From NCBI GenBank assembly GCA_963674965.2, contig CAXXFL010000004.1, forward strand, positions 96,001 through 160,000: a stretch of DNA of 64,000 nt. The letters run 5' to 3'. Each line of letters begins with the position of its first letter. The first letter of the stretch is position 1. Of the stretch, positions 46,654 through 56,510 are shown one piece after another. The DNA is from a bacterium (GTDB lineage Bacteria; RBG-13-61-14; DATKZS01). The position numbers and the translations under genes were made by a program. The notes beneath the pieces are model-generated. The model saw only the letters and a program-made list of their open reading frames with translations, was not told the origin of the DNA and ran no database searches.

Positions 46654-46877
46654 GGATCCGACCGCCTCAATTCAGGGTCGCCCACGCATTTTGCGTGGGT
46701 GAGCGTAGCGAACGGGCTTTTGGTCCCGGAATCGGGGGCATTTGCCGACGTTTGTTGGCGGCTTCCAAACGGCGAGGGACGATCGCGCGTTCAATTGTCG
46801 GCTTGTTTGCCGAATCGCTTCATTACCATTTAGATGACGCGACGACCCGACAAAAAGAGGCGGTCACTGGACTAGGG
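46644..46877. repeat. 210-bp structured element flanked by 12-bp direct repeats (MITE-like)
   Basis: ACTGGACTAGGG at 46644-46655 and 46866-46877; subterminal inverted repeat GACCGCCTC/GAGGCGGTC; internal hairpin 46678-46702. Confidence 0.65.
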
Positions 46878-46896
46878 CCGCGTCGTTATCAGGGGA

Positions 46897-47139
46897 TCAG
46901 TCTCCGCTCCGAAACTGGCGCCAGAGCCTGTCCAGGCGGCTCGAGTAGATCATGTCGAAAAGGTCCAGGCGGTCGGGGAACATGCTCTCGCAAAGGGAGC
47001 GGACCTCGTCCACCCGGGCGGCCAGCTCGGTCCGGCTCGATATCTTGCCTTTCATCACGTCGGAGGCCACAAGGTCAACCAGCCGCCGTAGTTCCTTGGC
47101 GTTCTCCTTCTCTTTTTTCCATTCCATATATGTGGCCAT
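46897..47139 (-). CDS. Small hypothetical protein
   Basis: MATYMEW..LRRLVDL..FPDRLDLFDMIYSSRLDRLWRQF; coherent helical ORF co-oriented with the upstream gene. Confidence 0.6.
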   Translation of the reverse strand: MATYMEWKKEKENAKELRRLVDLVASDVMKGKISSRTELAARVDEVRSLCESMFPDRLDLFDMIYSSRLDRLWRQFRSGD

Positions 47140-47264
47140 GCGAGGACTCCGGCGGGCCGGCCAGGGCCGATGAGGATTATTCGCGGTCCCGCCTATCCCT
47201 AGGGTAATAAAGAAAAGCGGAGGCGCCAAACAAGGCCGTCCCCGCCCGATATGCCCCGGCGGCC

Positions 47265-48119
47265 CTACTTCGAGTAGTCGTAAAAGCCCCTGCCGCTCTT
47301 GCGGCCCAGCCAGCCGGCGTCGACGTATTTCCTGAGGAGCGGGCAGGGCCTGTATTTCGAGTCGCCCAGGCCCCGGTGAAGGACCTCCATGATGGCCAGG
47401 CAGGTATCGAGACCAATAAGGTCGGCCAGGGTCAGGGGGCCCATGGGATGGTTCATGCCCAGCTTCATGACCTGGTCGATGGCCTCGACCGTGCCCACTC
47501 CCTCCATCAGGGCGTACACGGCCTCGTTGATCATGGGCATGAGAATCCGGTTGGAGATAAACCCCGGATAATCGTTGGCCTCGACCGGGACCTTGCCCAT
47601 CTTCTCCGAAAGGTCCCGCGTGAACTCGAAGGTCTCACGCGAGGTGGCGATGCCGTTGATGATCTCCACCAGCTTCATCACCGGCACCGGGTTCATGAAA
47701 TGCATGCCGATCACCTTCTCCGGCCTCACGGTCGCGGCCGCTATCCTGGTGATCGAGATCGAGGAGGTGTTGCTCGAGATAATCACGCCGGGCTTCACTA
47801 TCTTGTCCAGGCCCTCGAAAACCTTAAGCTTGATCGAAAGGTCCTCCGATACCGCCTCGACCGCGAAGTCCACCTCCGCGAAGGCCTCGAGGGAATCGGC
47901 CAGGGAAATCCGGCCCAGGACCTCGTTCTTTTGGTCCTCCGTGATCTTCTCCTTTTTCACCTGGCGGTCCAGGTTCCTCGAGATCACGGACTTGCCCCGT
48001 TCCGCCAACTCGAGGGAAACGTCGCTCATCACCACGCTGAAGCCCGTCTGCGCCGCCACCTGGGCTATGCCGTTGCCCATCTGGCCCGAGCCGATTACGC
48101 CGAATTGCTCGATGTTCAT
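47265..48119 (-). CDS. hbd: 3-hydroxybutyryl-CoA dehydrogenase
   Basis: [24 protein letters not shown] and NHPMGPL.LAD.IGLD. Confidence 0.92.
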   Translation of the reverse strand: MNIEQFGVIGSGQMGNGIAQVAAQTGFSVVMSDVSLELAERGKSVISRNLDRQVKKEKITEDQKNEVLGRISLADSLEAFAEVDFAVEAVSEDLSIKLKVFEGLDKIVKPGVIISSNTSSISITRIAAATVRPEKVIGMHFMNPVPVMKLVEIINGIATSRETFEFTRDLSEKMGKVPVEANDYPGFISNRILMPMINEAVYALMEGVGTVEAIDQVMKLGMNHPMGPLTLADLIGLDTCLAIMEVLHRGLGDSKYRPCPLLRKYVDAGWLGRKSGRGFYDYSK

Positions 48120-48269
48120 CTCGTCTTCCTCCTCAAATCAGATCGTAACATTGTCGTTGAAAGGACTCGGCCATGCAAGCCGTAAGAGTTAACGCCCCAG
48201 AGCCACGCGGCCCGCGTATACCGCAAAGCCCGGGCAAGGCCGCCGCTCTTTTTCCGCGTCCCGTCCTGA

Positions 48270-49250
48270 TCAGAATCCCTTGTACTCCGGATGCTCGTCC
48301 CTGGTGACACGGGTGGCGTCGAGCACTATCTCCTTGGGGCCGGCGCCGCCGTTCAATATCTTCACCGCCTCCTCAATGGCCTCCTTGGCCCCGTTCTGGT
48401 AAACGAAGGTGGCGTCGAGCTTGCCCGCCCTGATCATGTCCACCGCCTCTCCCTGGCCGTCGATGCCCACGAAGACCATGTCCTTTTCCCGGCCCACCGC
48501 CTCGGCCGAGAGGAAGGCCCCGATGGCCATCTCGTCGTTGTGAGCGTAAACCGCGTCTATGTGGTCGTGGGCCTGGAGGGCGTTGTCCATTATCTGCTTG
48601 GCCGGCGTCCGCTTGTAGTCACCCGACTGGTCCACGATGACCTCGATCTCGGGATGCTTCGCGATGACCTCGTGGAAGCCGTCGTGCCGCTCCTGGGTGG
48701 GCGTCGCTCCCAGGATGCCCTGGATTTCGACTATCTTGCCCTTGCCGCCCAGCTTCTCGGCCATGTACTCGCCGGCGGCCCGCCCGATCTCGAGGTTCGA
48801 GGCCCCGATAAAGGTGGTGTACTTGTCGCCCAGGACCTTTCTGTCAAGCACGATCACCGGGATGCCGCGGTCATGGGCCTTGGCCACGGCCTCCGTGAGG
48901 GGCGCCGCCTCCCGCGGGCTGATGATTAGGAGGTCCACCCCCTTGACGATGAAGTTCTCCACGTCCGCTATCTGCTTGGCGTTGCGGTTCTCCCCGTTGG
49001 CCACGATCAACTTGACGCCCAGAGCCTCGTCGGCGGCCGCCTTTAACTGGTTGTTCATGTTGATCCGCCAGGGGTCCTCGAAGGTGCTCTGGGAAAAGCC
49101 GATCAAAAAGGACTTCTTCGCCGGGGCGGGCGCCGCTTCCGATTTATCGGCGCCTTGCTTCCCCTTGTCCTCACCCTTGCATGAGTAGGCCGAAAAAGCG
49201 GCCAGGCCGATGAATAAAAAGCCAATAATGAGAGTCCTGATTTTCCTCAT
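48270..49250 (-). CDS. Sugar ABC transporter substrate-binding lipoprotein (RbsB-like)
   Basis: YSC lipobox, IGFSQS..DPWR, VLDR, AHNDEMAIGA and GIDG. Confidence 0.88.
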   Translation of the reverse strand: MRKIRTLIIGFLFIGLAAFSAYSCKGEDKGKQGADKSEAAPAPAKKSFLIGFSQSTFEDPWRINMNNQLKAAADEALGVKLIVANGENRNAKQIADVENFIVKGVDLLIISPREAAPLTEAVAKAHDRGIPVIVLDRKVLGDKYTTFIGASNLEIGRAAGEYMAEKLGGKGKIVEIQGILGATPTQERHDGFHEVIAKHPEIEVIVDQSGDYKRTPAKQIMDNALQAHDHIDAVYAHNDEMAIGAFLSAEAVGREKDMVFVGIDGQGEAVDMIRAGKLDATFVYQNGAKEAIEEAVKILNGGAGPKEIVLDATRVTRDEHPEYKGF

Positions 49251-49300
49251 GGTAATGCCTCCTTGCCGGTCGGTATTGCTTTCTAAGACGCGGGACTATT

Positions 49301-50032
49301 TTATGGCCCCGGCGGCGGCGCGTCAAAGATATTCGGGAACTCCTCGTCCTCGAACCCCTTGGGCATCATGCCCCTGGTAAGGTAATAATAAAAAACCACC
49401 AAGGTCGCGTCCACCGGGACCATTATAATGAAAAGGGAGTACTGATACATGGAAACGACAAGGGACGATTTGTCGCTTGCCTCCATAATGAAACTCACGG
49501 CCAATACGGGCAACGCGTTAATCAGGCAGATAACGGCCGTGGGCAAGAGAAGGGAAAGAAGGAGAGCCAGGTTGCGCTTAAAGGCGTCCCGAAGGCCCCG
49601 CCTCTCGAAAAGGATAACCAATTCCATGTAGGGCAAAAGGAAAACGAACAAAGGATATATTAAGAATAGAAGCCCTCCAAAGTAGAAAAAATTTATGAGA
49701 AAATGGTAAGCGAAAAACACGCCGAAAACGGGACGAAGCCAAATAAAAAAGTCCCTCCAGCCCTTCTTCTCGCCACGAAGCCGCGACCATACGACGAAAA
49801 AGAAAAGGGAACTGAAGATCGAGTCCATGGCCGCGTGCAGGGGGATATACAAGACGGCGATGAAGGACAGGTTTTCCTCGCCACCGATTTCCCTGGCCAT
49901 ATCGAGGACGTCCTTGAGGGACTGGTCCAGCCCGAACTGGCAGCCGAGGTAGGCCACCATTACGGCAAGGATGGGCCAGGAGTTGGCCAGAACGAAAAGC
50001 GCCGTCCTGGCCAGGGTCCTGAGAGCGGCCAT
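49301..50032 (-). CDS. Hypothetical integral membrane protein
   Basis: Several hydrophobic helices; lies between the permease and binding-protein genes. Confidence 0.65.
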   Translation of the reverse strand: MAALRTLARTALFVLANSWPILAVMVAYLGCQFGLDQSLKDVLDMAREIGGEENLSFIAVLYIPLHAAMDSIFSSLFFFVVWSRLRGEKKGWRDFFIWLRPVFGVFFAYHFLINFFYFGGLLFLIYPLFVFLLPYMELVILFERRGLRDAFKRNLALLLSLLLPTAVICLINALPVLAVSFIMEASDKSSLVVSMYQYSLFIIMVPVDATLVVFYYYLTRGMMPKGFEDEEFPNIFDAPPPGP

Positions 50033-50034
50033 GG

Positions 50035-51156
50035 TCAGTCGCGCTCCTTTTGGAGAAGGACCGCCAGGATGATGATGGCGCCCTTTAACACGCGCTGGAG
50101 GTTGGGATCGACCCCCCGCAGGCCCAGAGCGTTGTTGAGCACCCCGATAATCAAGGCGCCGATGAGGGTCCCGCCTATTCCACCCCTTCCACCCATGAGG
50201 CTGGTCCCGCCTATGACCACGGCGGCGATGGCGTCAAGCTCGAAACCCACCCCGTCGTCGGGGCGTCCCGCGTTCTGAATGGACGTGTAGATCATGGCCG
50301 CCACTCCGCAGAGGGCGCCGCAAAGCGTGTAAACGAGTATCTTCACCCGCGCCGCCGGCACTCCCGCCAGCATGGCCGCCGGCTCGTTCGAGCCCACGGC
50401 GTAGACGAAGCGGCCGAACCTGGTCCGAGTCAGGATGAAGTAGCCCGCGGCGGCCGCGGCGAGAAAGATAATGCCGGGCCAGGGAATCTTGACGACGGCC
50501 AGGTCGAGGTCCTTGCCCAGGGCCGCGAAGGCCTCCGGCTGATCCCCGTAAACGTCGATGCCTCTTCCGCCGGTCCAGAGGAAGGCCAGTCCCCTGGCCA
50601 CGCTCATCATGGCCAGGGTCACGATAAAAGGCTGTATCTGGGCCATCTCCAGGCGGGGCGGGCGGGTCTTGGCGAGCTTGGCCTTGAGCCGGAGGAAAAC
50701 CCAGCCGGGAAGAGACTTCGAGTAGGTGATGAAAAAACCGTTCGCCAAACCCAGCGCCGCTCCAGCGGCGACCCCCGCCGAGAACACCAGGGCCGCGTAA
50801 ACGGCCGAGCCGCCCGGCGAGCTCTCGATAAGGTAGGCCGCCACCACGGAGGAAAAGGCGAGCAGGGACCCGACGGAAAGGTCTATCCCGGCGGTGATGA
50901 TCACGAAGGTCATGCCCACGGCCAGTATGCCGTAATGAGCGTTTTGCCTGAGGATGTTTCCCAGGTTCTCGGGCTTGAAAAAGGCGTGGAGTATCCTTTC
51001 CTCCGGCTCCACGAACAGGTCCCAGAACGCGGTGAGGAGCATGGCCATCCCGATGAGGACCGCCAGGGGAAGGAGCTTCTCGCGGGCCTTGTCCAGGTTT
51101 GACGGCCCGCCGGCGGGGAGATCGATGGAAACCGTTTTTTCTTCAGGTTCTTTCAT
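50035..51156 (-). CDS. Sugar ABC transporter permease (RbsC-like)
   Basis: GIDLSVGS, PFIVTL, T.FGR.VYAVGSN and ELDAIAAVVIGGTSL.GG; start uncertain. Confidence 0.88.
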   Translation of the reverse strand: MKEPEEKTVSIDLPAGGPSNLDKAREKLLPLAVLIGMAMLLTAFWDLFVEPEERILHAFFKPENLGNILRQNAHYGILAVGMTFVIITAGIDLSVGSLLAFSSVVAAYLIESSPGGSAVYAALVFSAGVAAGAALGLANGFFITYSKSLPGWVFLRLKAKLAKTRPPRLEMAQIQPFIVTLAMMSVARGLAFLWTGGRGIDVYGDQPEAFAALGKDLDLAVVKIPWPGIIFLAAAAAGYFILTRTRFGRFVYAVGSNEPAAMLAGVPAARVKILVYTLCGALCGVAAMIYTSIQNAGRPDDGVGFELDAIAAVVIGGTSLMGGRGGIGGTLIGALIIGVLNNALGLRGVDPNLQRVLKGAIIILAVLLQKERD

Positions 51157-51530
51157 CTTCTTCGTCCGATTATTGGAGGTCATGCCATGAAAACGATTAT
51201 AGATACTATCAGCGAGGCGCAAAGCGGTCAAAGCGCCATCTTTAGGGGACGAAAATTTTTTTTAATAACGCCTCATCTCAAGAGAACTCTCCCGGCGATC
51301 GAGTTGTCTTTAGAATATGTAAAGAAAGGAAAACCATAGTAAGATTGAATTTCATTCTTGACGGGAAGAGATAGCGTGCTTATCATTTTACCCGTATTTT
51401 TTACGGCTTTTTTCAGCCGGGATGAATGGCCTGAATCCTGGGCCCTCGTTCCCGGCCTGGAAAAACGATCGGCACGGCGCGAAAAAACTTCTCGGAAAGG
51501 AAATATAAGCCAACGGGTTGATTGCGAAAG

Positions 51531-52592
51531 ATGAGCCGAAGCAGTCGTCATATTTTACTTTTAATAACGTTACTGGCCGCCCAACTGGCCGGCGCGGCGG
51601 CGATGGGCCAGATGGAGCTTCCGCCCCCCAATCTCGGGTCTCCTCCAGCGCGAGGCGATAAGGACCATCCCCAAGTATCCGGAAACTCGGGCCAGGCCCC
51701 GGGCGACTCGGCCCAGATTCCGTTTAAGCCCCCGCCCGAAGTAAGCGTCAGCGCCCGTCTCGACCGGACCCATGTCCCCAGGGACGAAAGCTTAAGTCTC
51801 ATTATTACTCTCGAGTGGACCGAGAGCGCCCTCGAGGTCAATCCTCCTCTCGAGTTCGATTTCCCCGACCCGCCCTCCGGCGAGGGCTTGACGTTGTTTG
51901 CCAACCGGCTTTACTCGGTAACCGAGCTTAAAAAGAACTCGGTCACGGTTACCCGGACATACGAGTACGAGTTTCGCGCCGACGTGGAGGGAGAGACTAA
52001 AGTCGGCCCCGTGTCCATCGCTTATAAAAGGACAGGATCGGAAGAAGCCAGGGACCTCGAGACCCAGCCCCTGCCCGTGACCGTTACCGCGCCCCGGCTG
52101 AGGCTGGGGAAAGCCGTAAAGAGCGGCCCCGGCCTGGCCGTAATTATCGTGGCTCTTGTCGCGGCCGTCGCGGGCCTGGTTGTCTCGATCGTCCGGGCCC
52201 GGCGAAAAAAACTCGAGGCTGAAAGACCGGTCGCGCCGGAAAAGACGGTCCACGACGAGGCGGCGGAGGGCCTTCTCGCGGCGGACCGACTTCGCATGGC
52301 CGGGAGAAACGACGAGTATATGAACGCGGTCCAGGCCGCGGTGAAAAGATACGTCCGGGACGCCTTCGGCAAGCGCGCCCGGACCGCGGACGAGGAAAAA
52401 CTGGCGGCCCTGGTCGCCTCGAGACTGGGCGAGGAATGGAACGAGGGGCTGGCGGACTTCTTCCGGGTGGCCGGTGAGGTCAGGTTCTCGGGCCGCGAGC
52501 CGACGCGCGAGGAAATGGACAAGGTCATGGCCTTTGCCCGCTCCCTGGTGGCCCGGGCCAAGGCGGAAACGGAGACTTCAGGCGGCGCCTGA
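51531..52592 (+). CDS. BatD-like single Ig-domain membrane protein
   Basis: Signal peptide, VSARLDRT..LSLIITL beta domain, one TM helix and a helical C-terminus; heads the MoxR operon. Confidence 0.6.
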   Translation: MSRSSRHILLLITLLAAQLAGAAAMGQMELPPPNLGSPPARGDKDHPQVSGNSGQAPGDSAQIPFKPPPEVSVSARLDRTHVPRDESLSLIITLEWTESALEVNPPLEFDFPDPPSGEGLTLFANRLYSVTELKKNSVTVTRTYEYEFRADVEGETKVGPVSIAYKRTGSEEARDLETQPLPVTVTAPRLRLGKAVKSGPGLAVIIVALVAAVAGLVVSIVRARRKKLEAERPVAPEKTVHDEAAEGLLAADRLRMAGRNDEYMNAVQAAVKRYVRDAFGKRARTADEEKLAALVASRLGEEWNEGLADFFRVAGEVRFSGREPTREEMDKVMAFARSLVARAKAETETSGGA

Positions 52593-52647
52593 GCGGCGGC
52601 ATACATAAATCGGCGTCTGAAAAATACCGAACGGGGGAGAGAGAAAA

Positions 52648-53637
52648 ATGACGATGGAAATGCGGGAGATTCAAGACAAGGTCCAGGAACAAAGCAAGTT
52701 CGTGGACGCGGTCCTGGGCGAGGCCGGAAAGGTTATCGTTGGGCAGCGGCGCATGCTCGAGCGTCTTCTGATAGCCCTTCTCGCCGACGGTCACGTTTTG
52801 TTGGAGGGCGTTCCCGGGCTGGCCAAGACCCTGACCATCCGGACGCTGTCGGACGTGATAAGGACGAGCTTTCGGCGCATCCAGTTCACTCCCGACCTTT
52901 TGCCCGCGGATATAGTTGGCACCCTGATCTACGACCCTCGCGAGGGTACCTTCACGCCGAAAAAGGGGCCCATCTTCGCGAACCTTATTTTGGCGGACGA
53001 GATCAACCGGGCCCCGGCCAAGGTCCAGAGCGCCCTGCTCGAGGCCATGGCCGAGCGTCAGGTGACCATCGGCGACGCGACCTATAGGCTGGACGAGCCT
53101 TTTCTGGTGATGGCCACTCAGAACCCGATCGAACAGGAGGGCACTTATCCTCTTCCCGAGGCCCAGGTGGACAGGTTCATGCTCAAGGTCGTGGTCGATT
53201 ATCCGGACAAGAAAGAGGAACTGGAGATCATGGAGCGGATGGCGGGCGAGGCCGCCCCCAAGGCGAGCCAGGTCATAGGGCCGGAGGATATCATCGCGGC
53301 GCGCGAGGCCGTGCGCGCCATTTACGTTGACCCGAAGATCAAGCAATACATAGTCGACGTGGTCTTCGCCACCAGGGACCCGGCCTCCCACGGGCTGAAG
53401 GAAATGGCGGGAATGATCGCCTACGGCGCCAGTCCCCGCGCCTCGATTTACCTCAACCTGGCGGCCAAGGCCCATGCTTTTCTAAGGCGCCGGGGCTACG
53501 TGACCCCGGAGGACGTCAAGGCCGTCGGGCTGGACGTCCTCCGCCATCGCGTGATCGTGACCTACGAGGCCGAGGCGGAGGAAATAACGAGCGACGCCGT
53601 GGTGCGCCGGGTTTTCGACAACGTGGAGATACCGTAA
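52648..53637 (+). CDS. moxR: MoxR family AAA+ ATPase
   Basis: GVPGLAKT, RIQFTPDLLPAD, DEINRA and ATQNPIEQEGTYPLPEAQ.DRF. Confidence 0.95.
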   Translation: MTMEMREIQDKVQEQSKFVDAVLGEAGKVIVGQRRMLERLLIALLADGHVLLEGVPGLAKTLTIRTLSDVIRTSFRRIQFTPDLLPADIVGTLIYDPREGTFTPKKGPIFANLILADEINRAPAKVQSALLEAMAERQVTIGDATYRLDEPFLVMATQNPIEQEGTYPLPEAQVDRFMLKVVVDYPDKKEELEIMERMAGEAAPKASQVIGPEDIIAAREAVRAIYVDPKIKQYIVDVVFATRDPASHGLKEMAGMIAYGASPRASIYLNLAAKAHAFLRRRGYVTPEDVKAVGLDVLRHRVIVTYEAEAEEITSDAVVRRVFDNVEIP

Positions 53638-53648
53638 GGAACAAATCC

Positions 53649-54566
53649 ATGGCTCTCGAGCAAAGACATGAGGCGGGGCCGGGGGGCGAGGAGTCGATCC
53701 GCGACGTCCTTAAAAAGGTCCGCCGCGTCGAGATAGCCACCAGGAGGGTGGTCAACGAGGTCATGGCCGGCCAGTACCACAGCGTGTTCAAGGGCCGGGG
53801 CATGGAGTTCGCCGAGGTGCGCGAATACCAGCCGGGCGACGACGCCAGGATCATCGACTGGAACGTGACCGCGAGGGCGGGGACCCCCTTCGTCAAGATA
53901 TTCCATGAAGAGCGCGAGTTGACCGTGATACTGATGGTCGACGCCAGCTCGTCTCTTTTCTTCGGCACCCGGGACAGGACCAAGGCGGATTTGGCCGCCG
54001 AGCTTTGCGCGCTTCTGGCCTTCTCGGCCATCCAGAACAACGACCGGGTGGGGCTCATCATATTCACGGACAAGGTCGAGCGGGCCATACCTCCTAAAAA
54101 GGGAAGAAAACACGTGCTCCGCATCATCCGGGAGGCCATGTTCTTTCGGCCCCGCGGCAAGGAGACCGACGTCGAGGCCGCTCTCGAGTACTTGTCGCGA
54201 GTATATAAAAGGAAAGCCGTGGTCTTCCTCATTTCCGACTTCATGGCTGAGGGATACGAGAAGGCCATGCGGATAGCCGGCAAGCGCCACGACCTTATCG
54301 CCGTGCCCCTTTCCGACCCTCGGGAGCTCGAGCTCGAGCCCGCGGGCCTGGTCGAGCTCGAGGACGCGGAAACGGGCCGGACCATGACGGTCGACACCAA
54401 CGACGAGAGGACGAGACAATTGTTCAAGGAAATGGGCATGGGCCATGAAAGGGACCTTGAAAGCGCGTTTCGGTCGGCGGACCTGGACGCCATACCCATA
54501 AGGGCCGGAGAGCCTTACGAGAAGTCCTTGATCAAGTTTTTCAGGACCAGGGCAAGGAGGACGTAA
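53649..54566 (+). CDS. DUF58 (VWA-like) protein
   Basis: FKGRGMEFAEVREYQPGDD.R.IDWNVTAR and ISDF. Confidence 0.92.
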   Translation: MALEQRHEAGPGGEESIRDVLKKVRRVEIATRRVVNEVMAGQYHSVFKGRGMEFAEVREYQPGDDARIIDWNVTARAGTPFVKIFHEERELTVILMVDASSSLFFGTRDRTKADLAAELCALLAFSAIQNNDRVGLIIFTDKVERAIPPKKGRKHVLRIIREAMFFRPRGKETDVEAALEYLSRVYKRKAVVFLISDFMAEGYEKAMRIAGKRHDLIAVPLSDPRELELEPAGLVELEDAETGRTMTVDTNDERTRQLFKEMGMGHERDLESAFRSADLDAIPIRAGEPYEKSLIKFFRTRARRT

Positions 54567-55435
54567 TGGCCGATGAAAGAGACCAAAAAGGAAAACAAGA
54601 GGAAAAAACGGATATAAAGGCCGAGTCCTCCTGGATAAGCGCGTCGAATATAATAATCCTGACCCTGCTTTTGGGGATAGTGGTGCTCGTCTATATCGAG
54701 ATCGGCTCGGTGTATAAACCGGATGGGGAAGGGTCCATGATCGCGGCTTCCGCCCTCGAGTCAAGGGGCCTTTTCAAGGCGGCCCTCGACGAGTACGACC
54801 GCTACCGGTCCATGACGACCATGAGCAGAAAGGAAGAAGCCGAGCTTTTATACAAGCAGGGAAAACTGGCGGAGGACAAACTTAACGACTGGGACCGGGC
54901 CCTCGCCTATTACACCGTGGCCAACGTTTACTTTCCCGAGGCCGGATGGTCGTCCGACCTGGGAAAAAGGAGCGTGGCCTGCATGCAGAAAATGGGGGAT
55001 TCGAAAAGAGCTCAGTCCCTGCTGGTCCAGCTTACGGACGAGAACGAGCCGGTCCTACCCAGGGAGATCGGGGACGAGCAAAGCCCGGTGGTGGCCGTGC
55101 TTGACGGAAGGAGCGTGAGGTGGTCCGAGGTCGAGTCCGCCTTGTCGGTTGAGTACCAGGATCACGATACCGATGACCCCGAGGTCAGGAAAAAAATGGT
55201 GAGGAGCTACGTATTCGTCTGGATGGCCGCGATGGAGGCCAAGCGGTCGGATATCGACTCCGAGCCCAAGGTGATAGTCGCCATGGAGCAGGCCCAGCGC
55301 TCGGCCTTGGCCCAGGCCTGGATGGGACGAGAGTTTAAAGGAACGGCCAAGGAGGATAACCTTGAGGAGCTATGGAATACGCTGACCAAGATTCATGGAG
55401 CGAGGATTTTCGATGGAGCTATCTCGGCGCCATAA
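54566..55435 (+). CDS. Membrane-anchored TPR protein with SurA/PrsA N-terminal-like domain
   Basis: TM helix, TPR-like helices, then VVAVLDGRSV...EAKRSDIDSEPKV..AMEQAQRSALAQ. Confidence 0.55.
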   Translation: MADERDQKGKQEEKTDIKAESSWISASNIIILTLLLGIVVLVYIEIGSVYKPDGEGSMIAASALESRGLFKAALDEYDRYRSMTTMSRKEEAELLYKQGKLAEDKLNDWDRALAYYTVANVYFPEAGWSSDLGKRSVACMQKMGDSKRAQSLLVQLTDENEPVLPREIGDEQSPVVAVLDGRSVRWSEVESALSVEYQDHDTDDPEVRKKMVRSYVFVWMAAMEAKRSDIDSEPKVIVAMEQAQRSALAQAWMGREFKGTAKEDNLEELWNTLTKIHGARIFDGAISAP

Positions 55436-56510
55436 ATTAGCACCGCTATTTGTGATGGTCGCCTGGGCCGCCATCCTCGCGGCGCGGACCGTCCTGGCCG
55501 CGGGGCCGTCTCTTCCCCCGTCGCCGGGAGTGCAACCGGCGCCGGTTCCGCGAATTCCAGGCGGACTGGCGGGAGACGAGGGCGCCCGGATATCGACCCG
55601 GCTGGATAAGTGCGTCATCCGGGTGGGAGACGAGATCGAGTACTCCCTCTCGGTCGAGGTCCCGCCGGGATGGAACGTCACCATGGCCCATCCCGGGGCC
55701 CAGCTCGGAAGGTTCCTTATCCGGGATTACAGCTTCCCCGACGAAAGGGAAGAAGAAAAAAACTGGACCGAATCCATTGGCCAAACGCTGGCCAAAATAA
55801 GCGGGGCATCCGGCCTGGCCGGCGGAGTCAGGCGGGACTTTCGCTTTACCATAACCTCCTACGAGACGGGTGACCTTGATATTCCGCCCTTGCCCATCGT
55901 GGTGGCGGGACCGGACGGGGTCCCCCATTACCTTTTCGCCGAGTCGGCCAAGGTAAGGGTCGCCCCCGTCACCAACCCCGAGGACCTGACCATAAAGGAC
56001 ATAAAGCCCCCAATGGAAATCCCCATCAACTACAAGCCTTATCTTGCCTGGCTTCTCGTTCCCATACTTATTATCGCCGCCGCCATTTTTGCCCTTTGGC
56101 GGCTGCGGAGGCCGGCCGAGGCCGACCTGGAACTCCCGGACCTGAGACCCGCCCACGTCATCGCCCTCGAGGAACTGTCGGAACTGGAAAAAGACGATCT
56201 CATCGCGAGCGGGGAATTCGAGAGGTTCTATACCAGGCTCTCCTGGATACTGCGCAAGTACGTGGCCCTGAGGTTCGGCGTATTCGCCCTCGAGTACACC
56301 ACGGGCGAGATTTGCTCGGTGCTTTCCAGGATGGAGTTGACCCTCTCGGGCCATGAGAAGATAAAGGAACTCCTCGAGGAGTCGGACCAGGTCAAGTTCG
56401 CCCGGGCCGAGCCGGGCATCGAGGAGAGAAACTCGGCCATCGAACGGACAAGGAGAATAGTCGAGGAAACCATGGAAAGAATCGAGGACGAAGGGAGGGC
56501 GGCGGCGTGA
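55413..56510 (+). CDS. Bat-operon membrane protein (BatD/DUF4381-like)
   Basis: IKDIKPP, TM helix, AHVIALEEL, FYTRLS.ILRKY and ALEYTT. Confidence 0.7.
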   Translation: MELSRRHKLAPLFVMVAWAAILAARTVLAAGPSLPPSPGVQPAPVPRIPGGLAGDEGARISTRLDKCVIRVGDEIEYSLSVEVPPGWNVTMAHPGAQLGRFLIRDYSFPDEREEEKNWTESIGQTLAKISGASGLAGGVRRDFRFTITSYETGDLDIPPLPIVVAGPDGVPHYLFAESAKVRVAPVTNPEDLTIKDIKPPMEIPINYKPYLAWLLVPILIIAAAIFALWRLRRPAEADLELPDLRPAHVIALEELSELEKDDLIASGEFERFYTRLSWILRKYVALRFGVFALEYTTGEICSVLSRMELTLSGHEKIKELLEESDQVKFARAEPGIEERNSAIERTRRIVEETMERIEDEGRAAA

